Below, one piece after another: positions 17,501 through 31,600 of a stretch of DNA of 64,000 bases. Position numbers and translations under genes: made by a program. The number at the start of each line of letters is the position of its first letter. The first letter of the stretch is position 1. The stretch is from Hyphochytrium catenoides (taxonomy: Eukaryota; Protista; Hyphochytriomycota): the NCBI GenBank assembly GCA_900088475.1, contig FLMG01001299.1, positions 83,335 to 147,334 of the forward strand, read 5' to 3'. The notes beneath the pieces were generated by a model that worked only from the letters and a program-made list of their open reading frames with translations, was not told the origin of the DNA and did no database searches.

Positions 17501-20500
17501 GTATCCAACTTGAGAGAGCGGAGTGGCAATCCCTGCAGCAGTGAAAGAAATGGCTGTTTGGGAAGATCTATTGGGGTTGGGCCTTACCTTCTTTCCGCTC
17601 AATATAGCAATGCACACCCTGTATTCCCAGGGCTCTCAAGACAATATGCCTGGCTGCCTCGTCGCCACTTTCCTCCTCAACCTCCTCTCCAAGTGCGGAG
17701 TTGGAGCCGATGACATTTGTCCCTAAAAAGGCAGGACGGGAGTTAAGGAGTCTGGCAGAGGTGACAGCTATGTAGTAGGTGTGGTGAGTCTGGCTGCGGA
17801 AAGAACTCTTCCGAGGTATAGGACTTTCCTGGGGCTATACGGAAAGCGACTCGTCCGTCCAGGACGGTGCTCCCCACGAGAGGGAAGAGTAAAGGTTCCG
17901 ACTGGATTGTTAGTGGTACGAAGAGCCCCAATCTCCGATGAAATCGTCGCCTGCTGGCATTCTTATCGTCTCCTAACGCCAGTCTATCGCGTATAGGAGT
18001 CTACCAGATGGTGGAGAGAGTTGGGACATTGTCTTAGCAGAGAATCAATAGGCTCGTACCACAACCACGTCGGATATGTTCCTATCGCTCAAGATACGGC
18101 AGGTAGGAGAAGGAAATAGTGCTCAGCCGTGGCCAGAGGGCTCCACGTTACCTTCAACTCACGAAGAAGGTTAGAGGCCAGTGCCTTGGCTTTGTCCCTC
18201 GCTCTGCCTCGCTCACCAGGCGTCTGAATTGACCGCCTTGTCCCAGCAGTAGATTTCCTTCTCCCATCGCCTCCTCCGTCACCTCCTCCAAGCTCTTCTA
18301 GGGTCTTCAAGTACTCAGAGAGACGAACTGTCACCAGCCTGGGGCCGAATTTTTAGCCCATCATTGGAACTCCAGGTAGACAAGCCAATAGGGATGCACC
18401 ATAAAAAGCAGATAGAGGGAGAAAGTGTTGCCATTTAGTCTTTCATACCGTTCTCCTAACGCGGGCAACGGGAAAAGGACCCGGAGCCGCTGGGAATATT
18501 TAAGGGTTCGAGAAGTCTCCTAAATAGAGTGGCTTGTTAGATGCCAGAGGCTTTGAGGTCGTAAGTTCAAGACGAAGACATACCTGCTCACATTCTCCAT
18601 CAGCAAGGATATGACTAAGGAAAAGCAACATGGACGAGCCTTCCAGGGCATCCTTCAACAGTTGGTCCTACATTATTAAGACAGAATTAGGAGAGGACCA
18701 GAGGATGGGACAAAAGTGCGAGGCAAGCTGAGCAGGCGCGAAGTATGCGAAGTTAGGCAGAAGAGAGTAGGAGGAAGAGGCAGATACACATACGCCAAGG
18801 ACGGCCAGAGGCTTCTTACAGTCACACCTATGGGCTGAAATCTAGCTAAATAGTCAACAAGGAGATATAAATTGACCGGTTTGGTAAGAGCTAAAGATAC
18901 CAGGAAAGATGGACCCAGCATCTCTTCCGTCCTTTGCACTGCCTTTAGACCAGCTTGTACCATGGACCTCTGAGCCAGATATTGATGGATGGGCAGCATT
19001 TCCTGCCAAATAGCAACAGGACACGTTCGTGATGCAAAAACATGAAGAGAGAATTGAGAAAATAAACACAGACGCGTCGTCAGCTTTGGGTTATGGAGGA
19101 AGTCAGTCGAGCCAGGCGCAGACCGTGAAAGTGGCAGAAGAGGCGAGAAGCAAAAAAAGAAGAGGCATCGTTTGGACGCTGACATTTGAGGGAATCCTTG
19201 ACTCTTACGGGTAACTCCTTATTCATAGAATTGCTGCGCCCCTTGTGCTCATCAGAGATAAGGGGCATTGATTGACTAGAGGAAGAGCGATCGACGTTGA
19301 TAGCATATGGGAGGGGGCAAGTGTTGGCAGGACTCTCAATGAAAACGAATCTAGATTGCATTCTTTCTTGAGGCGTCTCTCGCTCTCTCCTTGCGCAAGA
19401 GAGGATGACTGCTAGACTGAGGCGGTGCTCCATTATATCCCCAGCAAGCAGTTGGAGAAACAGTTCAGCAAAGCCGTCATCTACAACCTAAAAAGATAAT
19501 ATAGAACGGAATGGAAGGGTCCGTTTCAAATTAAAAGCCAGATCTGTGAAGGCAAAACAAAGCAGGACGGTAGCCTTCTTTCAAAGAGACAACTATAGTG
19601 GATAAGCATGAAGCTAGACACCTGTTGTTGACGGACAGCCAAGAGACAGCGAGGGGGCTAGACCCGGAACATATAAGGGAGATGAGAGGATGCAGAATGA
19701 GGGAGTGAATCCTTGACACCTTGATCGCCTCGCTATAGCTCCCAACTGTGATGGACTCTGCTCCTTCTACAACGGAGCCCACAGGGGGACATGTCGTCAC
19801 CCTGATTGACTCATTTGATGAAAAGAGAGATCCTGTTCCCTTGGGCTGCTGACTCGCTTCTTTCCCGGATTCTGCTTTCAGGAGATCATGCGTGTGACCG
19901 TTATAAAGGGAGAGCATGGTGATATCGAGAGTCATTTGTTCCTCTTCTCCTCCTCCACTTTCGCGTGAAAAAATTTCTTCCAAGAAGATCTGCAGAAGCC
20001 CTGGTTCGCATCCATATCGACCCCAAAGAGTGGTCGACTTTCCTGCGCGATGCTGGGATCACCCAGAAATGAGAGAGAGACGCTGAGAGGAGAATGCAAC
20101 ACCATAAACGGATAATCCCATAGCAATGGCTGAGACATAATATCACTAGGCGACCATTCAATGGCGAAGGTCAAACGAGATAGAAAGCACATTTTCAAGA
20201 AAGAGGAAGGCTTACCTGTCCGTAGGCCAGGATTGTGACATTCCTTCCTAAAATGTTGCGGGTTAGCGGGCCCTTGTTAGGAAAGGAGGAACACAAAGAC
20301 CACTAGTGGAAGTGCAGCAGAGTTTCATACAGAGCCAGTATGTGCAGTCGTGCAAAAGGACACAGAAGGTGGCAGGATCAAAGAGACGCTCGAAGCCAAG
20401 GAGAACAATCTACCCGATGCACAGGCCGCCCATAGCACGGGAGATATATCCACCCAAAGCGAGTGGACGGATCCTCTCTCCTTATTCTGTCTCTCTCCTT

Positions 20501-21112
20501 TCTCCTGTCTAGCTTCCTCTTCCTCGCTTTCCTCGATATCTTCTCTCTGCTCCCAGACCCAATCAAAATAATACTTTTGCCCTCGCTTGTTGGCCTTCCC
20601 TTCAGAGTCATTGGGGCGGAGTATACAAACGTTGCCATCGACCTCCAGACAGCTACGAAGAGAGAAGAAACAGCCGGAGCAGGTGCCAAGACAAAGGAAT
20701 AGATGGGAGACCAAGGCAGCGAACCTTAGTGCGAGATGACACGAGGAATAGTCGACGACAAAGGGGAGGACAGTCGAGCAGAGAATGGCTTCTTGATCAA
20801 GTCAGAGACGCAAGGCGGGGTAAGACTATGACAACGGACACCAGAAAGGCGCCCCTAGGCGAGCTTCTGCAGAGAACGCGACAAGTCACTTGGACATAGA
20901 GACGCGGACCGAATGGGAGGAGGATGTGGCGTTGAGAGACAGAAGGGCGAAAACAGAGAGAGAGAAGAAGGGAAGGGAGGGAGGAAAGATGTGGAACTCA
21001 GGAGGAAAGCTTGAGGTCCATACCGCTTCCTTGTCTGCTTTTTATTTCGGAGCCCATATTGGCGAACTCTCGCCCCGAGATAGACTCTTTGGCTGTCTAA
21101 GTCGCTAACCAT
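14538..21112 (-). CDS. Kinesin-3 / KIF28(KLP-6)-like protein with degenerate motor, FHA-like domain, C2-like tail, coiled coil and C-terminal CaaX; many exons
   Basis: RVYLGARVR; YYFDWVW; NVTILAYGQ|HRAGKSTTLWG; SFL|DQLLKDALEGSS...ETSRTLKYSQRLR; FHA-like IVLRALGIQGVHCYI...GDVITLGQ; tail LDPFRPEWADILVAEAIVHL, DLIGSQVSLKFCI, VTEELVNYIETGTMTLEV. Last exon 14681-14538 ends SKTCTLQ*. Confidence 0.8.
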
Positions 21113-22675
21113 CGCGCGCTCTATCACTCACTCCACAGTGAGTGAGAGACAGCAGACGACAAATGGGAAGAAAGCAAGTCGCCAGCAGAGACGGCAGACT
21201 TTCTGCTTTTCTTAGATTGGATGGTCACTTCACCATCGTCTGCTCTTTCATAGCGTGAAGGTGAAGGTCCCCACCACCCATAAAGTAGAGGATCCTTTAG
21301 TGTGCTCTTCCGCCTGCATCTTGGCCCCTCGGTCAGCTTTACTCATAACCCGCGATGATGGTTGAATATAATCTCTCCTCCTCCGTGATCCCCCGGCTTG
21401 GATTCCTCAGCTGAGCGTGTAGTAGTCCTCCTTATCGTACAATCCCGGCTATTAGCAACGCCTTATCCCTCTTAACTGAAGCCTGCGGGCCCTTTCTCCT
21501 CTCTGTCTCGTCGTCTCTCTCGCTCTCTCTCTCTCTTTCCCAGCTCAATCACTCTCGTCCGCACGTGCCTCTCTCTTTCCTTTTTCTTGAGCTTCTCTTT
21601 CGCTCTGCGCTCTGTCTCCATCACCATCCGCTCTTGGCCTGCCCGTGAGCGCATCGGAGGCCGCGGCCGCGGCCGCTCCGTTGAGAGGCGAGCAGGAGAG
21701 ACGATCAGAAAAGTGATCAGACGAAAGGGCACAGATTTACGTGCAGAAATCCCCCTGGAGCTTTCAAACGAGCAAGCCGTTTTGCTAGTTCAGTCACTGT
21801 GTCAGGGCGGCAGAAGCGTTAAAAGGGCGAGCAGATGAAAAGCTTCAAACGTTAATTTTGGGGAGGTTCTGATGGATCTGCATTATCACTTCTGAAGATC
21901 ATTGCCTTTGGCTTTCCAACGGCCGGCGGAGTGAAGGAGTCGAGCTGTATCGCCAGTCGCCAAGCGCTGTCTATGCTTCACACAGAGTCCCATGTCGTGA
22001 GGTTGCCATCATGAGACTTACCACTTGGCTGGTGTGCGCTATTCACAATCTCACTCGCGCCACCTCTCGGATGCAAGTGGACGACAAACTGCAGTGGCTA
22101 GTCACCATGGTCCAGTGAGCAACTTCGCTCCTCTGCTTTGCTCGGACGAGCTACCGCGCTCAACTATATCTCGCTTGGATATTCGCTTATCTCAGCAGAT
22201 TGGTTACAAGGGACTCCGCAGTCTCTAATGCCATGCAGTGCGCAATTATCGCTCGTTTGTGTGCCACAATTGGGTGTACTCAAGGCGAAGTCTCAATAGC
22301 AAGAGGGTAAACACACCGTCTGGATGGGTGGAATCTGGTCCCAACTGAACAGTCCATCAATGCGGCTCTTCCTTGATGCACTAAGGTGAACTAAGAGTAG
22401 AAAGGTTGCCCAAGAGAAAGCATCATGGTACCTCCTATGTGTGATAAAGTCTATTGCCTAATTAACTTTATAATAATGAGCTCTAGCGCCTTCAGTATCG
22501 CCCCGTGCAGCTAGTAGAGGAAGAAAGTTGGGCGCCGACGCTTACTTCTCATGGGATGAGAATGGACCAGAGAGGAAGTCATTAAGAGACCCAGGGAGGG
22601 AGAGACAAAAAGAGAGAGAGAACTATTTGACAGATTTGGGCAGCCTACTTGCGGCGATCCTCTCTCTTCGCTAGC

Positions 22676-25600
22676 TTACAACTGCGCATGCTCTCCAACG
22701 ATGCGTTGGCCAGAGCCAACTTCTCCAGGAGGAGTCTCAATGACTGCAATATCTGTCGAGAGTCGACCAAACGGCATACTGGGAACAAAGGTCCGGCTCT
22801 TTCTCGAAGAAGTTATCCTTGTCGGTAGTTTCCTCTCACTTGTTCTTTCGGACGATCTTCTGGTACTAGTGCTTCGCCCCATAGGAGAAGAGAGCTTTTC
22901 TCGAAGAAGAGAAGAGTGCCGCACGTTGCTGCGTCTTCCAGTCCCTACTGATACCATGTCAAGAGAGACTCGTCCTAGGTCGCCATCCGTTACTCCACTC
23001 GTCCTCAGAGGAGTCTCGAGTCCGATCCACTCCGTCTCCCCGCAATCAAAGAATGAGTCATCGCGAGGCTTATAACTCACTGCCCCAGGGTAGATGCTCG
23101 CAATGGAAGAGGAGAGACGCTCTCTACCGCTCATTCTGCTCTTCCTACTGGGCCTCCCAGCGGCAGCAGGGCTCCTGCCCGTCAAGTAAGAAAGGCGCGG
23201 GTTGGTGTAGGAGCTACGGCTTCTTGGGATTGAACTGCGAAGTTCTGCTCCGGAAGTGATCGAGCTCCGTCTGAGCTCAACCTGAGATCTAAAGAGGCTA
23301 TCTGCATTCGGGTTTCTGGCGATCGTCATTGAGAACTTATCAAGCTCTCCCATCATGCTTGCCCGCTCCTCATATGGTTGAATCGTGCTCAGAATCCAGG
23401 CAAACTCTTCCTCTGGACCGCCGGCCTGCTCAGCGGCACTGGTGACGTCTCTTCTCGCCAAGCGGACTTGGCTCATCCTATTGGCTATCCAGAGTTGCTG
23501 TTCGTGGTTAGAGCAGTATCTTCCTATCGAGAAGAACTTGATCAGCGTCTCTCTATACAGCGAGCCCCAGCGCTGTCTAAGAGCTGTGACAGCTGGATCC
23601 AGCAGACGTGCTGTTAGCTTCTCTGCCGTCCACTCGCCAGAGTTCCAGTCTATGGCAGGGAGGCCGCCTCCCAACTCACAGATGGTCGAAGAACATGCGA
23701 GCACCTCCAGTTGAGCTCTTCCAAGGGCGAGAGGCTCTACCGGCGGGACTACGCCGCCAAAGTTGCCAACAAGATCCTTCGTTCCACCTGCGTCCGTGGC
23801 CGCAATAGGTAGCCCTGCCAGCCCTGCTTCTATAATGGCCATAGGTAAACCCTCCGAGATAGAAGAGTTAACAAATATGTCTCCCTGTGCCAGTACTTCT
23901 AAAGGCTTTGCCAAGCCCATCAGAGAGACGTGCTGGGCTAAGTCTAGGTCGCTTATTGCTTTTTCACAGAGCGCTGTGTATGCCAGATCCTTCGTCTTCG
24001 AGCCATAGATGAACAAGCGATAGCACTTGATGCCGTGAATGTTAACAATGGCATTTGCTGCATAGATGGCGTTCATAATATCCTTCAGCCTGTAGACATG
24101 AGACAGCATCACCGCGGTGACGTAAGCATCGTCCCTGTTCTGCCAGGTGTTCAGTTTGATGTGTGCGGAGTTTTGCCCGTTGACAATTGGAGAGATACTC
24201 CTTTGCATCTCAACTCTCTCTGCTGGAGAAGAGTACTCTGTCCCGATAATTCTCTTTTCCCAATCCACATTGCTACTAACATTGCACGGGGCCACAATGT
24301 CTGCTTTCCATAACACTACCTTGGAGCACAGCCGGATCAGCCCCAGCAAAGCGCTTCGTACAAAGAGACTCTCAGAGTGCAATTCGGAGACTGCCAAAGC
24401 TCTCTCTCTCCATAGAATGCCGTGGTCCCATACAACGAGGCTCCAGCCTGCTAACTGCTTGGCAATCACACCCAAAAGGCCCTGAGGACCGTGATGGGAG
24501 CAATGCATCATCCCGGTATTATCCCGGTTCAGCGTAGGGAATGGTACTTGCAGGCACATCAAGTGGCAAACCCAGAGCTCTAGAGCACGGTCCAGGTCAG
24601 CCAGAGCTGGAGGCTCAGCCTCGTAAGCCCTGTAGCCAGAGGGAGGGAGGAGCCATTGCCTTGACCAGCATTCATGCACAGCTCCATTGGACCAAGTCTT
24701 CTCCCAATCAAAGACAGTAAAGTAGACATAAAGCTCCGTGAATGCTTCAGCCGCATCTTCAATATCGCTGATGGAGATCTCATGAGCTCTTGAGAGCTCG
24801 ATGATCCTCGCAAAAGCAGGGCAAAAGCGCTCTTGCGTGATCTCCATTGTAGTTCTATGGCTCTTGACACTCACCGTGAGAGCAGATTGGAAGGCCAAGA
24901 AGTTCTCCAGCGCTCCACCCAGGTTAGGGCTCCATAGAGGTGTCACTAGCAGCTGGCTGACGTTAGGTTCTATCTTCTCGTTGGGAGGAATTGGTGCGAT
25001 CCACCCCGCCTCTGCAATGGCATGCCAGCGTATTCTCTCCATAGTGCCCTGCACCAATTGACCGCGACAAGTAGCCACACCTCCCCCATTTAAGGGCCAC
25101 GTACCGGAGTCTAAGCAGACGACGTGCAGTTTAGAGGTGTCTGTCCGCCGTACGATGCTCTCATGGATGTTCCAGTTACCAGCTGTGGCCCCTCCTCTGG
25201 CGAACTGTCTCAGATCATCCCACTGCGTCAACTCATAGACGTTTGTCTCTGCAAGGGCAACTTCGATAGTATCCTGAAGAAGGAATATCTCATCCAATGC
25301 TTCCTGAAAGCGCCCTGAGTAGCGAAGAGAGAAATAGTACAGGAGAGACGGCTCCCGCTCAAGAAGCCAGAGCTCCAGACACTCTGCAGTCGTGGCGGGG
25401 ATAGCTTTAGAAGTCATAAACTCTACCAGAGCTTTTCTGCTTGTCTGAAGCCACTCCAGGTCAAATGACCTCCCTCCTTCCAGATCTCGTCCACTCTGTC
25501 TCTCGCCTTCTCCCACCACCGAGACAATCTCTGCTCTTCCCCCTTCCCCTGGAGGGGTGACAACAGCCTCCTCAGTGCTCTGCAGCTTTTTTCTCCTGGA

Positions 25601-28600
25601 AAGGCACGGCAGAGAGAAGAAAGAGCGACGGGTGGTATCTACAACTTTCTTTCCTCTCCCGCTGACCCTCTTACTAACGAGACTAGGCTGTGGTCTAACC
25701 TTAGCGAAGAACTCTTCAACGAATGGGTCTCCAGACCAGATGAGCCAGTCCATCAATAACCATCGGATCACCGACGCGAACCGATGAAGCATACAGAGAG
25801 TCTTCTTCGCTGCTTTGCCTATCTTTCTTCCTCCTTCCCTTTCTACCTCGAAGAGATCCTGAGAGAAGCAAACGTCTCCGCAAAAAGTGGCGAAGACGAG
25901 CGGAAGCCATGGATTCACCTCTTTCACTGCCTCTTTGAATAGCTGGTCTTTGTGCTGAACAATCCATTTGGTATTTTGCATAGAAGAGGCCCATTTGCTG
26001 CTTCCTAGTTGGCTCTCCACACCGACGGGTATCACGTTGCTTACGAGCCTCTTAGCGGCCTCTTCCATTACGCAGAGGGAGAGGCCAACCCGTAGAGAGA
26101 GGCGCGTCGCCGCACTCTGAATGTGCCTCTCAAATGCCTCAGGAGAATAAAGATATTTGTCCTCAGATTGGTGGAGCTCTGCCCACGTCTCCCTAAAGAT
26201 TCTAAAGTCCTTGCAACCGATAAGTTGGCACAATTCCTCACTGCTTTGGATCACAGAAGACACATCGGAGCTGACATCATCAGTGGGCAGGCGGTAGATC
26301 AAGCGGATGGCCATCTCTCTGGCCGAGGGTGAGAGGGCCATCCACCTTCCAGAGTTGACGGAAGAGCAGGATAGCACACTGGCCGCGCAGGAAGGAGTGC
26401 GATCAATGAAGGAGAGAAGTGCCGAGGCGTCTGACCACCTGTTCACCTGTACCAGCATGCGAGACGGAAGTAGAGCAGCCTCGGACCGCGGAAGGGAGAG
26501 AGCGGCTGGGGCGAAGAGCTCCGCCAAGACGCCCAGATGATGCCTCCCCGTCTCCTCCTCTAAGGATTCGTGGATCACTGCCTCCATCCGGGTCAGCTCA
26601 TTCTCAAACACTGTCTTCGCCATATATAGAAACATCTCCTTTTCTCTCTCGCGGACAGCCAAATGTCTATGACTCAGCAGACAGCTATCTGGGACCACAG
26701 CAACCTTCCAGGTGTACCTCTTTCCCTTTAAAAGACCATCATAATCCCTTAGGGCTGTTTCCACTATGGGTGGAAGTAGTGAAGGGCCAGAAGGGAGCTC
26801 CCATGTGACCTCTTGAACTATAACGTTCTCTTTCTCTGATTGTTCGGCAAGCCAACCCCTACAAGCCTTAAGAGCTAGACTTTCCGGCCGTGATAAGAAC
26901 GTTTTATCTATCCCTAGGAATCGCTGCCCACTGTGGCCAATGTCAGGGTTTGCCATCAGAAGACCGGTTGATAAGCCATTGTTATACATGAGAGAGTGCA
27001 TCCCTCGCATCAAGATGAACGAGAGAAGAGCGTACAGCACCCCTGTGATAGGAAGGGCAGTGAACGAAAGATCCCAGCACGGCCCAGGACTGGTTGGAGA
27101 GAGACAATCAGGAGCATTTACCACGTAGGAAAGAACGACATTGGCGACAACTCCTCCACTTAGCCCTATCAGGGTAGAGATGGCGGCCAGAGCGATGCAT
27201 CGTCCCTCATAAGCCTTTCCTATGCAAATCTTGTGTACGAGACCAAATAGGATACCGGTATATCCCACCAATTTAGAGGCGAAGAGCGTGATAGAGTACC
27301 ATGACCAGTCTCTCGCAGCTAATAGGGCCAGCAAAATCACACCTCCTCCAACCGCAAGGCACACGTAGCCAAAGGAGGCCATCGCTTCGTGATACCAGCT
27401 TTCGAGGAATTTAGTCCCTCTTTTCGTAGCTTCTTCTACGGCTTCATAGGTGTCAGAACGCACGTGCAGCCAGTCTGCCCTCTTGGCATGCCGGATCAGG
27501 TAAACACTTTCCAACGCTACAGAGCAGAAAATCAAATAGACGACTGACATAAAGTCTGCAAAAGGCGCGTTGGGATCTGACACAGGGGCGCCATATCGGG
27601 TCCAAGCTCTGAGAAGAAGGTCTGACATGATCATAACCATGTACACTGTGCCAAACACTGCGTCGTTTTTGATCAGGTTCCAGAGGGTGCGAGCCATCTC
27701 CATACGAACCATAGCATTCTTTTCCAGAAGGGATATCTGGCTTCGTACCTGTGCCAGAAGAGAGGGATTCATTAGCAACTGAGGCAAAGAAGACAAAGAT
27801 GCGGAGGACAGATAGAAATGAGAAAAGCCAAGCGCAAGGAAAGCAAGAGAAGTTGCCAGAAAGCCACCGCAAAGGTTATGTTGGGCGAGCAAGTATAGCC
27901 AAGGAACTGAGCTTGCTCTCAATGACAAAAAAAGGCCGAAACAGAAGCGATCAAATGCAGCAGACCTCAAGAACCTCACAGAACAGATAATACAGAAAGG
28001 AGAAATAGCCAACTTCCTCGCAGCTAAGTTGCACCTACCAGGTACTCATCCCAAAGAGAAGTGTCTCTTTCAGGCATGTCCAAGCCTCTGACAATGCAGT
28101 CATACTGGATCAAATAGAACTCCATGTCGCGGTCGAGGAAGCCCCAACGGCGCTTAAACAACAGTTTGTCTGTCATCCAGAGCCCTTTCCGCAGCTTTTC
28201 ATAGAATAAACTCTTAGCTTCCACCTCTGTTAGCGTGGGATGCCTCTCATACCATTGCTTCCATTCGACGTCAGTCAGAGTAACAACTGTGCCTTTCCTA
28301 ATTGAGTCCTTAAACCGCTTGATATTCCGCAGCCAACCCCAGATAAGGAGAAGCATGAAGAGAGAGAGTCCGGAGAAGTAGACAATCACATCCGCTGTCT
28401 TAGAAAGGACGCCACACTCATGAAGGATTGGCGACACTAGAAGGAGAGAGGTGGCGAATATGACAATTCTACCTCCGAACGTGCTCCAGTGTCTTCCACC
28501 GTTTGTGGCGCTGATCAAAGAAAGGAGCATCACATAGACGCCCGCTATTCCAAAGCCGCCAATGAAAACGAGTGACTCTATTGGTGTCCAAACTGAGAGC

Positions 28601-31600
28601 GAGATAAGGAAAAGGAGGGGCAGAAGGAAGGCGTTGAAGATGAGGAAGACTGTCATCACGAGCACTTGTGCCACTGCTAACTTAGTAATGAGCCACCGAT
28701 AGTAGTTGTATGCCACAATCTTGGCTGCAGCAAAGGATATACCACCATAGAAAGCGATAGAATGAATGATGGCGAAGGTCAGCACTCTCTGATGCTCTAT
28801 AGAAATAGCATGCGGACTCACAAGAAGAGACGAACCCAATGCCGCACGCAGGATAAGCTCCAAAGCCATAGGAATAAGGAAGAAAGAGATGGACACGCCT
28901 CCCTGGAGAGCCAGCTTCAAGTTGTCCTTTTTGAAGACTCTGTCTTTTAGCTTCGTGAAAGGGTTAACTTTGGTCAGGAGAGGCTCTTCTAACTTCTTGG
29001 AAGCAAAAGCAGCCCCTGCAGTTTGTTCATGATAGCCCGCGGAGTGGTCAAAGGCAACTGCTTCTTGTCTAACCACTTCGTTGACCACTTCTCCGATCGT
29101 GTCGAGGTCTGACTCGACAAAGTCTAACATGAACTTCTTATGGTCCCCTCTCATCTCCATCAGCACCATCTGAACATGAGGATCATATGCAGGGAAAGGA
29201 GAGGCAGCTCTGTTGGCGAGGACGAGGTAGCGAACCATACCGACAGCGCCGTCTTTCTTAAAGACATGCTCGTACAGCCACTGGCAGCCGATAGATGAAG
29301 CGAGAGGGGCGAACTCATCAGCATCCTTTGGAACCCGGCGAAGGAAGGTGGCCAGGACGACGCATAACATGTTAAAGATATCACGGGCTTGGCTGCTCCA
29401 GGGCATGGCCTCCCATAGTTCCGTCACCGTCGCTCGCTTGTTCACTTTGGAGGTGATTTTTCTAAAGGTGCTTGTCTTTGCCGCCCCTGCTGTAGACAAA
29501 GAAGCACCGGTCGTAGATTGTACCGCATAAAGAGATTCTGTCCACTTCTCTCTCTGGGCAAAAGTTCTAGTTCCTCGGAGAGAAGCTACCACGGCCTTCC
29601 TCAGTCCCACAACTACCCCATTGTAGATAACCTTCTCCTGTGGATGCTGGTACGTCGCTTGGTCGAGAACCCCTGATGCTATGCGCAGGAGCCAGAGAAA
29701 GGATGCCTTGTCTTGTACGCTCATAACTTTCTCTAGGTCAAACAGAGCTGTGGTAGACTGATAGGAAAACGGCCGGATAGACATACTTCCTTCCTCATGG
29801 CTCCCTTCTGTCTTTATGTGCGAGACACAGTCTACCATTGAATCTACTGCGTGACAGAGGAAGAGGGGTGCGCCCTTAGCCCTCAGGAAGCTCCAGACTA
29901 CAAGTGCTGGCGGACTAGGATGATCTCGGTTGACAAAAACATAATAGTCTCTCCTCCCAAAATCGTCTAGCCTGGATGACATCACCGCGTGGAACTGTAC
30001 GAAGCAAGCCTGAGAGTCTGTTCCATCGTGGTACATGAGGGCACGAGGATCCACTGGAAAGACCATCATCCGCTCTGTTACGTCACCTCCCAGATCCTGA
30101 GTGCCACCAAGCAGGAGAGAGTGGAGCACCGCAGGGAAACGATCAAGATCCCCGTAACTCTTGAGGATGTCATAGACAGTCTGTACCTCCTTCGGAGCGG
30201 CACTTTCCGTAGTAAGGCGGTCCAGAGAGCTGATTACGGTCAGCATCTCCGCCCACAGGGAGCGATTTAACGCATCCTCCGAGTCTGGATGTAGAGCCTC
30301 GATACAGTCACTGTCTAGCAGGTACTCGCAATTGGACGTGACAAGGTCAAATACAGAGCGCCTCACCTGGCAGCCCATAGTATGCACACCGGTAGAGCTT
30401 TCCAGATAGCTCTGAAAAAGATCTTCCTCTAAAGGAGACACATTATCTTCCTGCACACCGTCCACTTCAAGGAAACTATACAGCTCATCTCCCCAGATGG
30501 CCTTCTGAGAGAGAGAGGAGACAGGATTGGGAGCTACAGCGGCAGAGTGGGACGACTGCATAGCCATTATTTCTTCCAAGACAAACACCAAACTGGCACC
30601 ATACTCGGCGCACCAGAAAGGCTTTTCGTCCTCTCCGAGGAGCTTCTCCACTGCTTCCTTAGTCGCCAGTAGCCACTCAGACTCGACACAATCCAAAGGG
30701 GAGACGCTGTCAAGATAAAGGAGAAGAGACTTAAGGTCCGCACAGTTGTCGCGGATCTGGCCAATGGGAGGGCAAAACGATCTAATCGGCTCTCCTCTCC
30801 TCTGCGCAGCTGCACTAGCTTGCGGTACCTTCTCTCTAACATCACACCACGCCTTGTGGAAGAGCTTGATATCCTCTGCACTAACTAGCTGGACAAAATT
30901 TAGAGGCTGGTACTCTCTCTTCCCATATACTGGAGCCATAAGACGATCATTTCTTTCATAAATCCACCGTACCGCGCCTCGCATGCCCCAACCCTCAACG
31001 GTACTAAGAAAGAAGCTCACATCTACGTTAGAGTAGAAGCGATAGTCGAAGAGAGTCTTCTCTGTCCAAGGCACATAGTTAGTTTGAGGCACATAGCGCT
31101 GATCGTCGGGCACAAGCTTCGGGTCGAAGGCTGTGAACTTGATGGCGCTGGTGGCGTCCACAGATTCATAGGCAAGCACTATTAGCTCCTTGTCTTTCTT
31201 CTGTGCCTCTTGCAACATGGTGGTAAAGGAGGTCCGGGACTTGTAGATCTCATTGCTATGAGTGAACTGGAATCGCCCTTCGATATCCAGGAAGCGGTTC
31301 CGGATGACTACTCCAGCAACATCTATGCCATTCAGTGCCTCAGAGTCCATGATGAAGGCGTCTCCATTCTCTAGTAAGATCCTATAGTCTGGGGCTTCAC
31401 CTGCAAAAGCTAAGAGCCATTCCCGAAGATGGTTCCACTGTGTTCGAGTGGCCGATGAGGCTAGGACGGGAATGTGCTGCACCAGTATGCCATCAATATT
31501 GCTGGACCGTGACATAAGATGGCTTGCCAATTGCCCAGGAAGCTTGTCGAGGGCAGCCAGCTGCACTTCGTGCTCAGGTGCGGCTTCATTAAACCCTGGC

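Noticed and set aside
21660-21673. GC-only palindrome GCCGCGGCCGCGGC upstream of the kinesin gene
   Set aside because: Short and low-complexity; no function can be supported.
27749-28038. Two-gene operon, stop read-through or programmed frameshift between the 1270-aa and 1778-aa ORFs
   Set aside because: A canonical GT-AG intron with branch point and pyrimidine tract joins them in phase 0. The first 88 aa of the 1778-aa ORF are intronic.
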